A stretch of 64,000 bases of DNA from the human T2T-CHM13v2.0 reference genome, Homo sapiens: assembly GCA_009914755.4 (NCBI GenBank), contig CP068257.2, positions 5,824,001-5,888,000 on the forward strand. The letters run 5' to 3'. The translations under genes and the position numbers were made by a program. Below, piece by piece: positions 1-11,543 of this stretch (positions within the stretch are counted from its first letter, which is position 1; every line of letters begins with the position of its first letter). The notes beneath the pieces were generated by a model. That model ran no database searches. It was not told the DNA's origin and saw nothing but the letters and a program-made list of their open reading frames with translations.

Positions 1-1447
1 AGAACAAAGCTGGAGGTACTACGCTGCCTGACTTCAAACTATACTACAAGGTTACAGTGACCAAAACAGCATGGTACTGGTACCAAAAGAGAGATAGAGG
101 CCAATGGAACAGAACAGAGCCCTCAGAAATAATGCCACATGTCTACAGCTATCTGATATTTGACAAACTTGACAGAAACAAGAACTAGGGAAAGGATTCC
201 CTATTTAATAAATGGCGCTGGGAAAACTGGCTAGCCATATGTAGAAAGCTGAAACTGGATCCCTTCCTTACACCTTATACAAAAATTAATTCAAGATGGA
301 TTAAAGACTTACATGTTAGACCTAAAACCATAAAAACCTTGGAAAAAAAACTAGGCAATACCATTCAGGACATAAGCATGGGCAGGGACTTCATGTCTAA
401 AACACCAAAAGCAATGGCAACAAAAGCCAAAATTGACAAATGGGATCTAATTAAACTAAAGAGCTTCTGCACAGCCAAAGAAAGCACCATCAGAGTGAAC
501 AGGCAACCTACAGAATGGGAGAAAAGTTTTGCAATCTACTCATCTGACAAAGGACAAATATCCAGAATCTACAATGAACTCCAACAAATTTACTAGAAAA
601 AAGCAACCCCATCAAAAAGTGGGCGAAGGATATGAACAGACACTTCTCAAAAGAAGACATTTATGCAGCCAAAAAACACATGAAAAAATGCTCATCATCA
701 CTGGCCATCAGAGAAATGCAAATCAAAACCACAATGAGATACCACCTCACACCAGTTAGAATGGCGATCATAAAAAGTCAGGAAACAACAGGTGCTGGAG
801 AGGATGTGGAGAAATAGGAACACTTTTACACTGTTGATGGGACTGTAAACTAGTTCAAACATTGTGGAAGTCGGTGTGGCGATTCCTCAGGGATCTAGAA
901 CTAGAAATACCATTTGATCCAGCCATCCCATTACTGGGTATATACCCAAAGGATTATAAATCATGCTGCTCTAAAGACACATGGACACGTATGTTTATTG
1001 TGGCACTATTCACAATAGCAAAGACTTGGAACCAACCCAAATGTCCAACAATGATAGACTGGATTAAGAAAATGTGGCACATATACACCATGGAATCCTA
1101 TGCAGCCATAAAAAATGATGAGTTTATGTCCTTTGTAGGGATATGGATGAAGCTGGAAACCATCATTCTCAGCAAACTATCACAAGGACAAAAAACCAAA
1201 CACCACATGTTCTCACTCATAGGTGGGAATTGAACAATGAGAACACATGGACACAGGAAGGGTAACATCACACACTGGGGACTGTTGTAGGGTGGGGGGA
1301 AGGGGGAGGGATAGCATTAGAAGATATACCTAATGTTAAATGACGAGTTAATGGTTGCAGCACGACAGCATGGCACATGTATACATATGTAACAAACGTG
1401 CACGTTCTGCACGTGTACCCTAAAACTTAATGTATAATAATAATAAT
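1..1447 (+). mobile_element. LINE-1 (L1PA-like, primate-specific), 3' terminal ~1.45 kb. It holds the ORF2 C-terminal region, 3'UTR and A-rich tail, and is 5'-truncated by the window edge.
   Basis: The nucleotide sequence reads as the canonical human L1 3' end (agaacaaagctggagg...ctgacttcaaactatactacaagg...taaaaccataaaaacc...). ORF 862..1233 translates to ...IPFDPAIPLLGIYPKDY...TIAKTWNQPKCP...DWIKKMWHIYTME.YAAIKNDEFMSFVG.WMKLETIILSKLSQGQKTKH.MFSLIGGN-stop, the known C-terminus of L1 ORF2p. The 3'UTR polypurine tract gggtgggggg aagggggaggg is at ~1293-1313. The A-rich tail aataataataattaaaaaaaa is at ~1437-1460. Confidence 0.92.
339..1233 (+). pseudogene. L1 ORF2 C-terminal coding remnant, frameshifted (non-functional).
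   Basis: Four overlapping ORF-track pieces in three frames (339..596, 529..759, 632..817, 862..1233) each carry L1 ORF2p-like peptide (e.g. ...[35 protein letters not shown]). Contiguous homology split across frames indicates indels. Confidence 0.85.
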
Positions 1448-3530
1448 TAAAAAAAATGAAAACATATGTCCACACACACAAAAAAAAGAAAAAAATAAGG
1501 ATCTCAAAGAGGTCAATATGTATATAATCTATTCTTAAAAAAAAATTTTCTCCAATTGTTTATTGAAATATCACACAGGCTCTGACTTTGTTTATACCCT
1601 TAAAAACTATGTAGATTGATGTGTAGCTTTTGTAAAGTGAAAGCTCAGAATGTCTACTCTGTTCTGGTACCACTTTAGTTTAATTGTTGGGAAATATTTA
1701 ATAAAAATGAATTACTAAACAAATGGAAAATTTGAACTTTGCATACTAAATTTTTACTTCATATTATCAACTCTTGAAAAATAAGTGTGTATATTAGAAA
1801 TGACACTCATTTGACTATACCATAATATATTTCAGACATTTTATCTTCAGCTACAGAATTTCTCCATCCTTTGAATTATGTTAGAGGGCTTTAGTTGGTC
1901 AGTATTGGTGATTCGCCTCCACTAATTCACAACTCTATTATCTTACCCCCGGGGATGCATTTCCATAGTTCTGCCTTGTAATGAGTGTCATTTTTTCCTT
2001 CTGTTTTGTTGACTGCCATTCAAATAGTTTTGGCTTTATCAGAGATTTTCACTTTATTGTCACCCCCTCATTTTTTTAACTTCTCATAATTTACTGTATT
2101 ATATCTGCCTGGGCTTTTGGTTCCTTTACAGATTTGTTTCACTTTATTTTTAGCTTATGATACTTCTAAAGTCTGTACCCTTTTAATTTTCACTTGCTTC
2201 ATCGTCACATTCTTGTGTTTTGTTTTCATTTCAAAATACCAGAAAGTAGGATGTCTCAGCATCTTGGTGAGTGGAATAGTTTATTTATAATCCAAAAAAA
2301 TCCCCCATACTTTTTGTGAGCTATCTGCTTCTAAGTAAAAATTTTATATATAAATTCTTTAAAAAAAATCTTAAACTTCTGAGGGATTGAATGAGATTTT
2401 AAAAATCATTCTATACAACAATGGGTGCAAAATTTGTATTCCTCTACTCGAGAAATCATGAACATTTGTTATTAGTTTACTAACATCTAAATATTAATGT
2501 ATTCAATTATATATTATTAAAACACGATTAAGCTTAAGAGGTGGAAAAGTATAAAACAAACAAGTGTATAATCTACCTTTATTAATATGAAACATCTTTT
2601 TCTCTCCTGAAAATAAAGATTAACCAGGGGTGTGCTGGGGCGGGAGGGGGTGTGTTGGAGGGAGAAAAGCCATGATTTGCCAATTTCAGCACAAAACTGA
2701 AAATGGTTATTAATCTTTACTAGCTACAGATATCTTTTAACATATATTGAAATCTATGACCCTTAAAAGGAAACATATATACAGATTTTGACAAAACTTT
2801 GCAGTTCCACTCATGGATCCTTGTATAAGAATCCCTTTTATATGTGTGTTTGCAATTTAAAGAGTTCAGACTTTATGATTCACAGGTGACAATTAATGAT
2901 TTAAAATCATAACTTAGGCTTTTATAATTTGGGAGTCAGGTGTTTAACAGCTGTAGTAGTAACTGCTTCTTCTCAGAGAAACTTAGGAGCTAAGACCAGG
3001 GAAATGTCCCTTGGTGTGCAACACACCTCTTCTTTCTGAACATATCGTATAAGAAGCTAACTTTGTCTCAAAGTTTATATGACTTTTGCATTTGCAGTTA
3101 CTAGCTATTTTCTTTTGGAACTGTTGGACTTGGAGAACTTTCCCTCTACCCTCTGAAGGTATGATAACTGAGTCTATTGAATAAATGGATAACAGGCATG
3201 TCAAAAGAAGAAAATGTGTACACATTTATTACACGCATGGGGGAATCACAGGAAAGAAAAGTGGAATCAAAAACAAAACAAAACAAACAAAACACCACCA
3301 AGAAAAAACCCCAGTGAGATTTAGGAGCTTATAGGGAAGGCAGGAGGAAGAATGTAGGAAACTTAGGGGAGAGCAAATGACTTTTGTGAAAGATGACCAG
3401 ACCCTTAGGAGAATAGATGATAGTTTGTGGCAGTCTGTCTTAGTGTGGTATGGACCCTTAGTCTTGTCTCCTGTGATATGAGGAGTCAATTTTCCCTGGC
3501 TGATGAAACTCCTAGGAAGGAGATGAATGT

Positions 3531-3674
3531 CTTTGTGCTGACAAGACAGTATCTTGAAGTTTTGATTTCCAATTCAGTTCTAAATCTGCAGTGTATAAAA
3601 ATCTCATCATGCTTTGGATGTTATGGTAGATAAATGGTATCTTTACAAAGATACATTCATTCTGGTATTGAAAA
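3531..3674 (+). repeat. Direct repeat copy 1 (~144 bp).
   Basis: ctttgtgctgacaagacagtatcttgaagttttgatttccaattcagttctaaatctgcagtgtataaaaatctcatcatgctttggatgttatggtagataaatggtatctttacaaagatacattcattctggtattgaaa recurs at 4270-4416 with ~8 mismatches and a 2-bp indel. Confidence 0.85.
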
Positions 3675-4269
3675 TTCCTTTTGGAGGATCTCTCTTGAGG
3701 AACGTAAAGGGAGTGCAGAGAAAGCATGTCCCGCATTTGTTGTTTTTCAAATATTTTCAGTTCGATGTAATCGGTACACCAAAGCAATCCATTTAGGACT
3801 GGCATTTCCTGAACACCTTCAGAACTCTTTTTATCCCATGTTATTTCTATGAGATCACGTGATTTAAGAACAACTTTTACTTGCCACTTACATATATATT
3901 GAAAAGGCAAACTTTCCTTTCGTAGTTTGCTAATTTTGGCAAAGTACTTTAACAAAAGTTAAATTAAATGAGTAAGTGAAATTTTCTGTTCTATTGTTTT
4001 GAAAACAATTCTAGAAACTGTCCTTGTAAGAACAGCAAAAAGAGAAAAAGATAATTCTCAACTGCAGCTTCAACCATTCTTTGCTTAACAATGAGTTAAT
4101 TAAAAGGCAAAACTCTATTTCAGGTTTATATGTGTCAATTGCTTGATTAGAAAGTAAATTATTTACCACATATAATATGGTGTCAAAAAACTTATAATAA
4201 AATTACTTTGATTTTATTGCTTATAAGTTTGTGAATTTAAATCTCAACTTACAGTGATAAATTTATTTG

Positions 4270-4416
4270 CTTTGTGCTGACAAGACAGTATCTTGAAGTT
4301 TTGTTTTCCAACTCAGTTCTAAATCTGCAGTGTATCAAAATCTCCTCATTATGCTTTGGATGTTATGGTACATAAATGGTATCTTCACAAAGATACATTC
4401 ATTCTGGTACTGAAAG
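4270..4416 (+). repeat. Direct repeat copy 2 (~146 bp), ~93% identical to 3531-3674.
   Basis: Aligned by eye base-for-base with copy 1. The two copies lie in the same orientation ~739 bp apart. Confidence 0.85.
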
Positions 4417-4720
4417 TGCCTACTTAAAATTCTGCATGAACAGTTTTATTGAAAAAATATGTAGACAAGCCATTAATTATACACAGTGATTTGGAACAAA
4501 TTCTTACAAGAAGCATAGCATGTCTTCCATTAACTGTATACAATTTAAAAAAGTTACTGAAAGTCTTCCTGAAGTTAAACAATAAATCTTTTAAATTTAA
4601 CCACTGTGCTCCGTCAAAGGTAATTTTTTCTTTATGACACTCACTTAGGGGATACAGTCAGATCTCAGCCTACTTTAAACAACTAGACAGTATTTTTAGT
4701 GCACTTTTCTGTTTGTTAAA

Positions 4721-4734
4721 AAGCTAGTTGTCAA
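4721..4734 (+). repeat. Target-site duplication (5' copy) of the SVA insertion: AAGCTAGTTGTCAA.
   Basis: The exact 14-mer (preceded by aaa) occurs again at 6391-6404 immediately after the SVA poly-A. Confidence 0.8.
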
Positions 4735-4840
4735 AGTTGGCACCAGAGTTGGGGAGTTTTAAGAGGTTTAGAAGCCTAGCCATGAATACCCACAACAGTT
4801 ACGGAGGCAAAGGAAATAGGCCTTTGAAAAGAAGGTAATG
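4735..4840 (+). other. Candidate 5' transduced sequence (~106 bp) carried by the SVA. It lies between the 5' TSD and the start of the CCCTCT hexamer.
   Basis: agttggcaccagagttggggagttttaagagg...gaaaagaaggtaatg lies inside the TSD-delimited insert but is not SVA hexamer, Alu-like, VNTR or SINE-R sequence. Confidence 0.5.
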
Positions 4841-4932
4841 CCCTCTCCCTCTCCCTCTCCCTCTCCCCACGGTCTCCCTCTCTCTCTCTTTCCACGGTCT
4901 CCCTCTCCCTCTCTTTCCACGGTCTCCCTCTG
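4841..4932 (+). repeat. SVA 5' hexamer simple repeat (CCCTCT)n, interrupted by cacggtctccctct motifs.
   Basis: ccctctccctctccctctccctctccccacggtctccctctctctctctttccacggtctccctctccctctctttccacggtctccctctg. Confidence 0.9.
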
Positions 4933-5300
4933 ATGCCCAGCCGAAGCTGGACTGTACTGCTGCCATCTTGGCTCACTGCAACCTCCCTGCCTGATTCTCC
5001 TGCCTCAGCCTGCTGAGTGCCTGCAATTGCAGGCGTGCGCCGCCACTTCTGACTGGTTTTCTTATTTTTTTGGTGGAGACGGGGTTTCGCTGTGTTGGCC
5101 GGGCTGGTCTCCAGCTCCTAACCGCGAGTGATCCGCCAGCCTCGGCCTCCCGAGGTGCCGGGATTGCAGACAGAGTCTCGTTCACTCAGTGCTCAATGGT
5201 GCCCAGGCTGGAGTGCAGTGGCGTGATCTCTGCTCGCTACAACCTCCACCTTCCAGCTGCCTGACTTGGCCGCCCAATGTGCCGAGATTGCAGCCTCTGC
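4933..5300 (+). repeat. SVA Alu-like region (two antisense Alu-derived fragments).
   Basis: The sequences ...ctggactgtactgctgccatcttggctcactgcaacctccctgcctgattctcctgcctcagcct... and ...ggagacggggtttcgctgtgttggccgggctggtctccagctcctaaccgcgagtgatccgccagcctcggcctcccgaggtgccgggattgcagac... are reverse-complement Alu sequence. Confidence 0.85.
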
Positions 5301-5880
5301 CCGGCCGCCACCCCGTCTGGGAAGTGAGGAGCGTCTGCCTGGCCGCCCATCGTCTGGGATGTGAGGAGCCCCTCTGCCTGGCTGCCCAGTCTGGAAAGTG
5401 AGGAGCATCTCTGCCCGGCCGGCATCCCATCTAGGAAGTGAGGAGCACCTCTTCCCGGGTGCCATCCCATCTAGGAAGTGAGGAGCGTCTCTGCCTGGCC
5501 ACCCATAGTCTGAGATGTGGGGAGCGCCTCTGCCCTGCCGCCCCGTCTGGGATGTGAGGAGCCCCTCTGCCCGGCCGCCCATCGTCCGAGATGTGGGGAG
5601 CACCTCTGCCCGGCCGCGACCCCGTCTGGGAGGTGAGGAGCGTCTCTGCCCGGCCGCCCCATCTGAGAAGTGAGGAGCGTCTCCGCTCGGCAGCCACCCC
5701 GTCCGGGAGGGAGGTGGGGGTCAGCCCACGCCCAGCCAGCTGCCCCGTCCGGGAGGGAGGTGGGGGGTCAGCCCCCGCCCGGCCAGCTGCCCCGTCCATT
5801 AGGTGAGGGGTGCCTCTGCCCAGCCGCCCCTACTGGGAAGTGAGGAGCCCCTCTGCCCGGCCACCACCCCGTCTGGGAGG
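5301..5880 (+). repeat. SVA VNTR region (GC-rich ~35-50-bp units).
   Basis: It has many repeats of cc(c)cgtctgggaagtgaggagcgtctctgcccggccgcc / catcgtctgggatgtgaggagcccctctgcc. The minus-strand ORFs 5193..5799 show the reiterated peptide GRGAPHI.DDGRPGR. Confidence 0.85.
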
Positions 5881-6381
5881 TGTACCCAACAGCTCATTGA
5901 GAACAGGCCATCATGACAATGGCGGTTTTGTGGAATAGAAAAGGGGGAAAGGTGGGGAAAAGATTGAGAAATCAGATGGTCGCTGTGTCTGTGTAGAAAG
6001 AAGTAGACATGGGAGACTTTTCATTTTGTTCTGTACTAAGAAAAATTCTTCTGCCTTGTGATCCTGTTGATCTATGACCTTACCCCCAACGCTGTGCTCT
6101 CTGAAACATGTGCTGTGTCCACTCAGGGTTAAATGGATTAAGGGTGGTGCAAGATGTGCTTTGTTAAACAGATGCTTGAAGGCAGCATGCTCGTTAAGAG
6201 TCATCACCACTCCCTAATCTCAAGTACCCAGGGACACAAACACTGCGGAAGGCCGCAGGGTCCTCTGCCTAGGAAAACCAGAGACCTTTGTTCACTTGTT
6301 TATCTGCTGACCTTCCCTCCACTATTGTCCTATGACCCTGCCAAATCCCCCTCTGCGAGAACCACCCAAGAATGATCAATT
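5881..6381 (+). repeat. SVA SINE-R module (HERV-K-derived), followed by poly-A.
   Basis: gtgtacccaacagctcattgagaacaggccatcatgacaatggcggttttgtggaatagaaaagggggaaaggtggggaaaag...ctgccaaatccccctctgcgagaaccacccaagaatgatcaattaaaaaaaaaa. Confidence 0.85.
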
Positions 6382-6390
6382 AAAAAAAAA

Positions 6391-6404
6391 AAGCTAGTTG
6401 TCAA
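6391..6404 (+). repeat. Target-site duplication (3' copy) AAGCTAGTTGTCAA.
   Basis: It is identical to 4721-4734 and directly abuts the SVA poly-A. Confidence 0.8.
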
Positions 6405-7607
6405 GAATAAGTTGCTCAAATATCTTTCTCAATTACTTTTTATTTTGTTTTGTAATTATTATTCTATTTTGGTTTTCCTTTAGAATTGTGAAATATCTTG
6501 AATCAGAAATTGCAGAGAATATATAAATGTGTAGGAATGTACTCTGCAATCAAACTAGATCTCGAAAGTGTTTTGTTGTAGTTTATACCTTGAATTCGAA
6601 GGCCATTCTATACAAGGCACTTGAAAAATTTTCAAGCTCATATATTTCATAATAGTACAGAATTTATTGTTCTTTTATTTGCAAGGAGATAGACCAGATA
6701 AAATATCACTTTATTTTTTACAGTGTTGACTTTGATATTCTAAACTTGTCAGTTTATACAGATTAATGAAGACTCCGTACATGTAAAATTCACTATAATT
6801 TTTTTTCTGGTATGAGAATATAAACAAATAGTAACTACATAACCAAACAGGTAAAGTAAAAATATACAATAGCTTGACAAAAAAAAAAAAAAAGAAGAAG
6901 AAAAAAGAAACCCCTATACATTACTTAACATTGTAAATCTCTGAGGACGAAATTGGATTCAAAAGAAACATTTCTCGTGGGCAGGGAAAGGGCTAAAAAT
7001 CTAAAGTATATAATAAGTATATTCCTCATTGCTATAAAATATATGACCAGCATGACATTTCAATACATGTTCAAGTTTTCTGAAGAAAGTTCTAGGATAA
7101 TAGGATTTCAACTTTTGATTCTACAGATATCATTCTTGTGATTGGTATGGGAGAATCATCCTCTCCATGTATTAGTGGATTCAAATGAAAAAAAAATCAG
7201 GCAGCTAGTTCCTTTCCAAGAAGCCTTAGAGATTGTTGTACATAAAAATAGCCATATTTCTGATTCAAATTTTAATTAGAGAATTCTCTTTATTCCCTCT
7301 TCAGCATAAAATTATGCACTGGCACTCTGCTCTGCAGACAAGTAAAACTTCTTACCTGCTATAATTTGAGATACCCAAGACTCAGAACATATTAACTCCT
7401 AGCTGAAAGTCCCAAAAACTTCTCAGGACAAAAAAAACAAAAAGTTAAATACACAGAGATAGAGTATAAAACAGTGGTTACCAGGGGCTGGGGGTGAGAA
7501 GAGAAAATGGAGATAGAGAATTCAAAAGATGCAAAGTTGCAGATATGTAGAATTAACAAGTTGAGGGATCTAATGTACAACATGAGGACTGTAGGTATTA
7601 ATATTTA

Positions 7608-8032
<425 letters not shown>

Positions 8033-8249
8033 CTCCACTCCACTCCACTCCATTCCATTTCATTCCATTCCATTCCATTCCATTCCATTCCATTCCATCC
8101 CATCCCATTCCATTCCACTCCATTCCATTCCATCCCATTCCATTCCACTCCCTTCCACTCTATTCCACTCCATTCCACTCTACTCCAGTCCACTACACTC
8201 CATTCTATTCCATTCCATTTCATTCCAATCTATTCCATTCCATTCTTTT

Positions 8250-8322
8250 ATTTTGTCAGGAATTCACTCCCTCACCCAGGTTGGAGTGCAGTGGCACAAT
8301 CTCAGCCCACATTTCATTTCAA
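8250..8322 (-). repeat. Alu 3'-end fragment #1 (subtype 1).
   Basis: ttttgtcaggaattcactccctcacccaggttggagtgcagtggcacaatctcagcccacatttcatttcaacg. Confidence 0.8.
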
Positions 8323-8523
8323 CGTGCCATTCCATTCCATTCCATTCCTTTCCATTCTATTCCACACCACTCCACAAAACTCCACTCTACTCCACTCCAC
8401 TGCATTCCTTTCCATTACATCCCATTCCCTTCCTCTTCTTTCCACTATACTCCACTACACTCCACTCTACTCCACTCCACTCCACCCCACTCCATTCCAT
8501 TCTACTCTAATCCGTTCCATTCT

Positions 8524-8598
8524 TTTCTTTCGATAGGATATCACCTGTCACCCAGGATGGAGTGCAGTGGCACAATCTCAGCTCACATTTCATTTCAC
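8524..8598 (-). repeat. Alu 3'-end fragment #2 (subtype 1).
   Basis: tttctttcgataggatatcacctgtcacccaggatggagtgcagtggcacaatctcagctcacatttcatttcac. Confidence 0.8.
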
Positions 8599-8924
8599 CA
8601 TTCTATTCCACTCTATTCCATTCCATTCCACTACACTCCTCTCCACTCCACTCTACTCCATTCAATTTGAATCCAATCCACTCAACTCCATTCCATCCCA
8701 TCCCATTCCATTCCACTCCACTCCAATAAACTCCACTCCACTCCACTCCTTTCTATTCCATCCCATTCCATTTCACTCCATTCCTCTCCACTCCACTCCA
8801 GGTCACTCCATTCCATTCTAATCCATCCCACTCAATTCCACTCCATTCTGCTCCATTCCACACCACTTCGCTACACTCCATTCGATTCCATTTCATTCCA
8901 TTTGACTGCATTCCATTCCATTCC

Positions 8925-9000
8925 TTTCTTTCGACAGGATCTCACTGTGTGACCCTGGTTGGAGTGCAGTGGCACTATCTCAGGTCACATTTAATTTCAC
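8925..9000 (-). repeat. Alu 3'-end fragment #3 (subtype 1).
   Basis: tttctttcgacaggatctcactgtgtgaccctggttggagtgcagtggcactatctcaggtcacatttaatttcac. Confidence 0.8.
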
Positions 9001-9429
9001 CATCCTTTCCTTTGTGTTCCATTGCATTGCATTCCATTCAATTCCATTCCATCCTTTTCCATTCCACTTATGTGAACTACACTCCACTACACTCTGCTGC
9101 ATTCCATTCCATTCCACTCCACTCCACTCAATTCCATTCAATCCAATTCCATTCCACTCCATTCCACTATACTCCACTCCATTCCATTCCTCCCCACTCC
9201 AGTCCATTCAACTCCCCTCCACTCTACTCCTCACCATTCCATTCCATTCCATCCCTTTCCATTCCACTCAATTCCACTCCACTCCACTCCACTCAACTAA
9301 ACTCCACTCCACTCCACTCCATTCCATTCCACTCCATCACTTTCTATTCCACTCTATTCCACTCCACTCCACTCCACTCCACTGCCTTCCATTCCATTCC
9401 ATTCCAGTCCATTCCTTTCCATTCCATTC

Positions 9430-9505
9430 CTTTCTTTCGAGAGGATCTCACACTGTCACCCAGGCTGGAGTTCGGTGGCACAATATCACCTCACATTTCA
9501 TTTCA
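9430..9505 (-). repeat. Alu 3'-end fragment #4 (subtype 1).
   Basis: tttctttcgagaggatctcacactgtcacccaggctggagttcggtggcacaatatcacctcacatttcatttcac. Confidence 0.8.
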
Positions 9506-9751
9506 CTATTGCATTCAATTTCATTCCATTCCATTCCATTCCACTCCACTCCATTCCACTCCATTTCACTCCATTCTACTCCACTCCACTCCACTCAATC
9601 CTATTCCTTTCCACCCCACTCCACTCCATTCCACTCCATTCCATTCCATTTCATTCATTCCATTCCATTCCATTTCCCTCCATTCCGTTCTATTCCACTC
9701 CACTCCACTCCACTCCATTTTATTCCATTCTACTCCATTCCATTCCATTCC

Positions 9752-9830
9752 TTTATTTCGAATGAATCTCACACTGTCACACAGACCAGAGTGCAGTGGC
9801 AAAATCTTAGCTCACATTTCATTTCACCAT
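9752..9830 (-). repeat. Alu 3'-end fragment #5 (subtype 1).
   Basis: ctttatttcgaatgaatctcacactgtcacacagaccagagtgcagtggcaaaatcttagctcacatttcatttcac. Confidence 0.8.
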
Positions 9831-10175
9831 TCCATTCCATTCCATTCCATTCCACTCCATTCAATTCCACTGCGCTCCACTCCACTTCATTCCATTCCAT
9901 TAAACTCATTACATTCCACTCCACTCCACTCCACGCCACCCCATTACACTCCACTCAACTGTACTCCATTCCTGTCCACTCCATTCCGTTACATTCCATT
10001 CCACTCCATTCCACTTCATTCCACTGCACTCTTCTCCACTGCACTCCATTCCACTCCACTCCATTCCATTCCACTCCACTCCACTCGGTTCCACTCCACT
10101 CCACTCCACTCCATTCCACTCCACTCGACTCCAGTCCACTCCACTCCATTCCATTCTACCACATTCCATTCCATT

Positions 10176-10252
10176 CCTTTATTTCGTTTGGATCTCACTC
10201 TGTCACCCAGACTGAAGTGCAGTGGCACAATCTTAGCTCACATTTTATTTCA
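10176..10252 (-). repeat. Alu 3'-end fragment #6 (subtype 1).
   Basis: ctttatttcgtttggatctcactctgtcacccagactgaagtgcagtggcacaatcttagctcacattttatttcac. Confidence 0.8.
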
Positions 10253-10344
10253 CCATTCCATTCCATTCCATTCCATTCCATCCCATTCCATTCCATCCCA
10301 TTCCATTGCACTCCATTCCATTCCAACACATTCCATTTCATTCC

Positions 10345-10420
10345 TTTCCTTTGACAGGATCTCACTGTGTCAAAAAAGGCTGTAATACAGTGTGACCATC
10401 TCAGCTCACATTTCTTTCAT
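10345..10420 (-). repeat. Alu 3'-end fragment #7 (subtype 1, only ~100 bp after #6).
   Basis: tttcctttgacaggatctcactgtgtcaaaaaaggctgtaatacagtgtgaccatctcagctcacatttctttcatc. Confidence 0.75.
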
Positions 10421-10715
10421 CATTCCATTGCATTCCGTTCCACTCCACTCCATTCCACTACACTCCACTCCCCTCTATTCCATTCCATTCCATTCCATTC
10501 CATTCCACTGCTCTCCACTCCACTCCATTCCACTCCACTCCATTCCATTCCATTCCATTTCACTCCACTCCACTCCACTCCATTCCACTCCATCCCATTC
10601 TATTCCAGTCCATCCCATCCCACTCCATCCCATCTCTTTCCATTCTTCTCCATTCCACTCCATTCCACTCCAGTGCATTATCCTCCATTACATTCCCCTC
10701 CATTCTATTCCATTC

Positions 10716-10808
10716 CTTTCTGTCAAAGGAATGGAATGGAATCCATGGGATTCATCCTGGGGGATGGAGTGAAGTGCCATAATCTCAGCTATGATTTCAT
10801 TTCATGAT
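10716..10808 (-). repeat. Alu 3'-end fragment #8 (divergent, carries a short inverted GGAAT stretch).
   Basis: tttctgtcaaaggaatggaatggaatccatgggattcatcctgggggatggagtgaagtgccataatctcagctatgatttcatttcatg. Confidence 0.7.
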
Positions 10809-11204
10809 TCCATTCCATTCCATTCTATTCCATTCCTTTCCATTCAATTCCATTCCATTCTATTCCATCCTTTGCCATTCCAATCCATTCCACTCCACTC
10901 TAATGCACTCCTCTGCAATCCATTACATTCCCCTCCATTCCATTCCATTGCACTCCATTGCACTCCACTCCAATCCACTCCACTCCACTCCATTCCATTC
11001 CATCCCTTGAATTCCACTCAATTCCATTCCACTCCACTCCACACCACTCCTCTCCACTCCTTTACATTCCACTCCATCACATTCCATTCCACTCCATTCC
11101 ACTCAACTGCACTCACATCCAGTCCACTCCACTCCACACCATTCCACTCCACTCCAGTCCACTCCATTCCACTCCATTCCATTCCACTCCATTCAATTCC
11201 ATTC

Positions 11205-11282
11205 CTATCTTTTGACAGGGTCTCACTCTGTCACCCAGGGTCTGGTGCAGTGGCACTATCTCAGCTCACATTTCATTTCCCA
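11205..11282 (-). repeat. Alu 3'-end fragment #9 (subtype 1).
   Basis: ctatcttttgacagggtctcactctgtcacccagggtctggtgcagtggcactatctcagctcacatttcatttccc. Confidence 0.8.
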
Positions 11283-11543
11283 TTCCATTCCATTGCATTC
11301 CATTGCATTCCATTCCATTATATTTCTTTCAATTCCATTCCATCCCATTCCATTCCACTCCTATGCATTCCAATCCACTCCACTACATTGCACTCCATTC
11401 CATTCCTTTCAATTCCATTCCACTCCACCCCACTTCTTTCCACTCCACTCCATTCCATTCCATCCCATTCCATTCCACTATACTGCACTCCACTCAACTG
11501 CACTCCACTCCACTCCACTTCATTCTATTCCGTTCCACTTCTT

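Larger units (their letters stand above)
4841..6392 (+). mobile_element. SVA retrotransposon (hominoid-specific composite SINE-VNTR-Alu), full architecture with a short VNTR, + orientation.
   Basis: It has the ordered modules (CCCTCT)n, antisense Alu-like, VNTR of gtctgggaagtgaggagc-type units, SINE-R and a poly-A at 6382-6392. It is bounded by a 14-bp TSD. Confidence 0.92.

Noticed and set aside
2983-3955. Short ORFs in the unique flank (2983..3225-, 3229..3489-, 3512..3955-, 3614..3852+).
   Set aside because: They are 60-147 aa, overlap one another on both strands, have no recognisable motifs, and sit in AT-rich human intergenic-like sequence. This is the expected density of random ORFs.
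4776-5806. ORFs over the SVA (e.g. 5193..5603-, 136 aa; 5431..5799-, 122 aa) with Gly/Arg/Pro-rich repeats.
   Set aside because: These are translations of the GC-rich SVA VNTR. SVA is non-coding.
6881-6912. A-rich tract (a)15 gaagaagaaaaaagaaa, possibly the tail of another retroelement.
   Set aside because: No recognisable upstream element body or TSD could be identified by eye. It could be a simple low-complexity tract.
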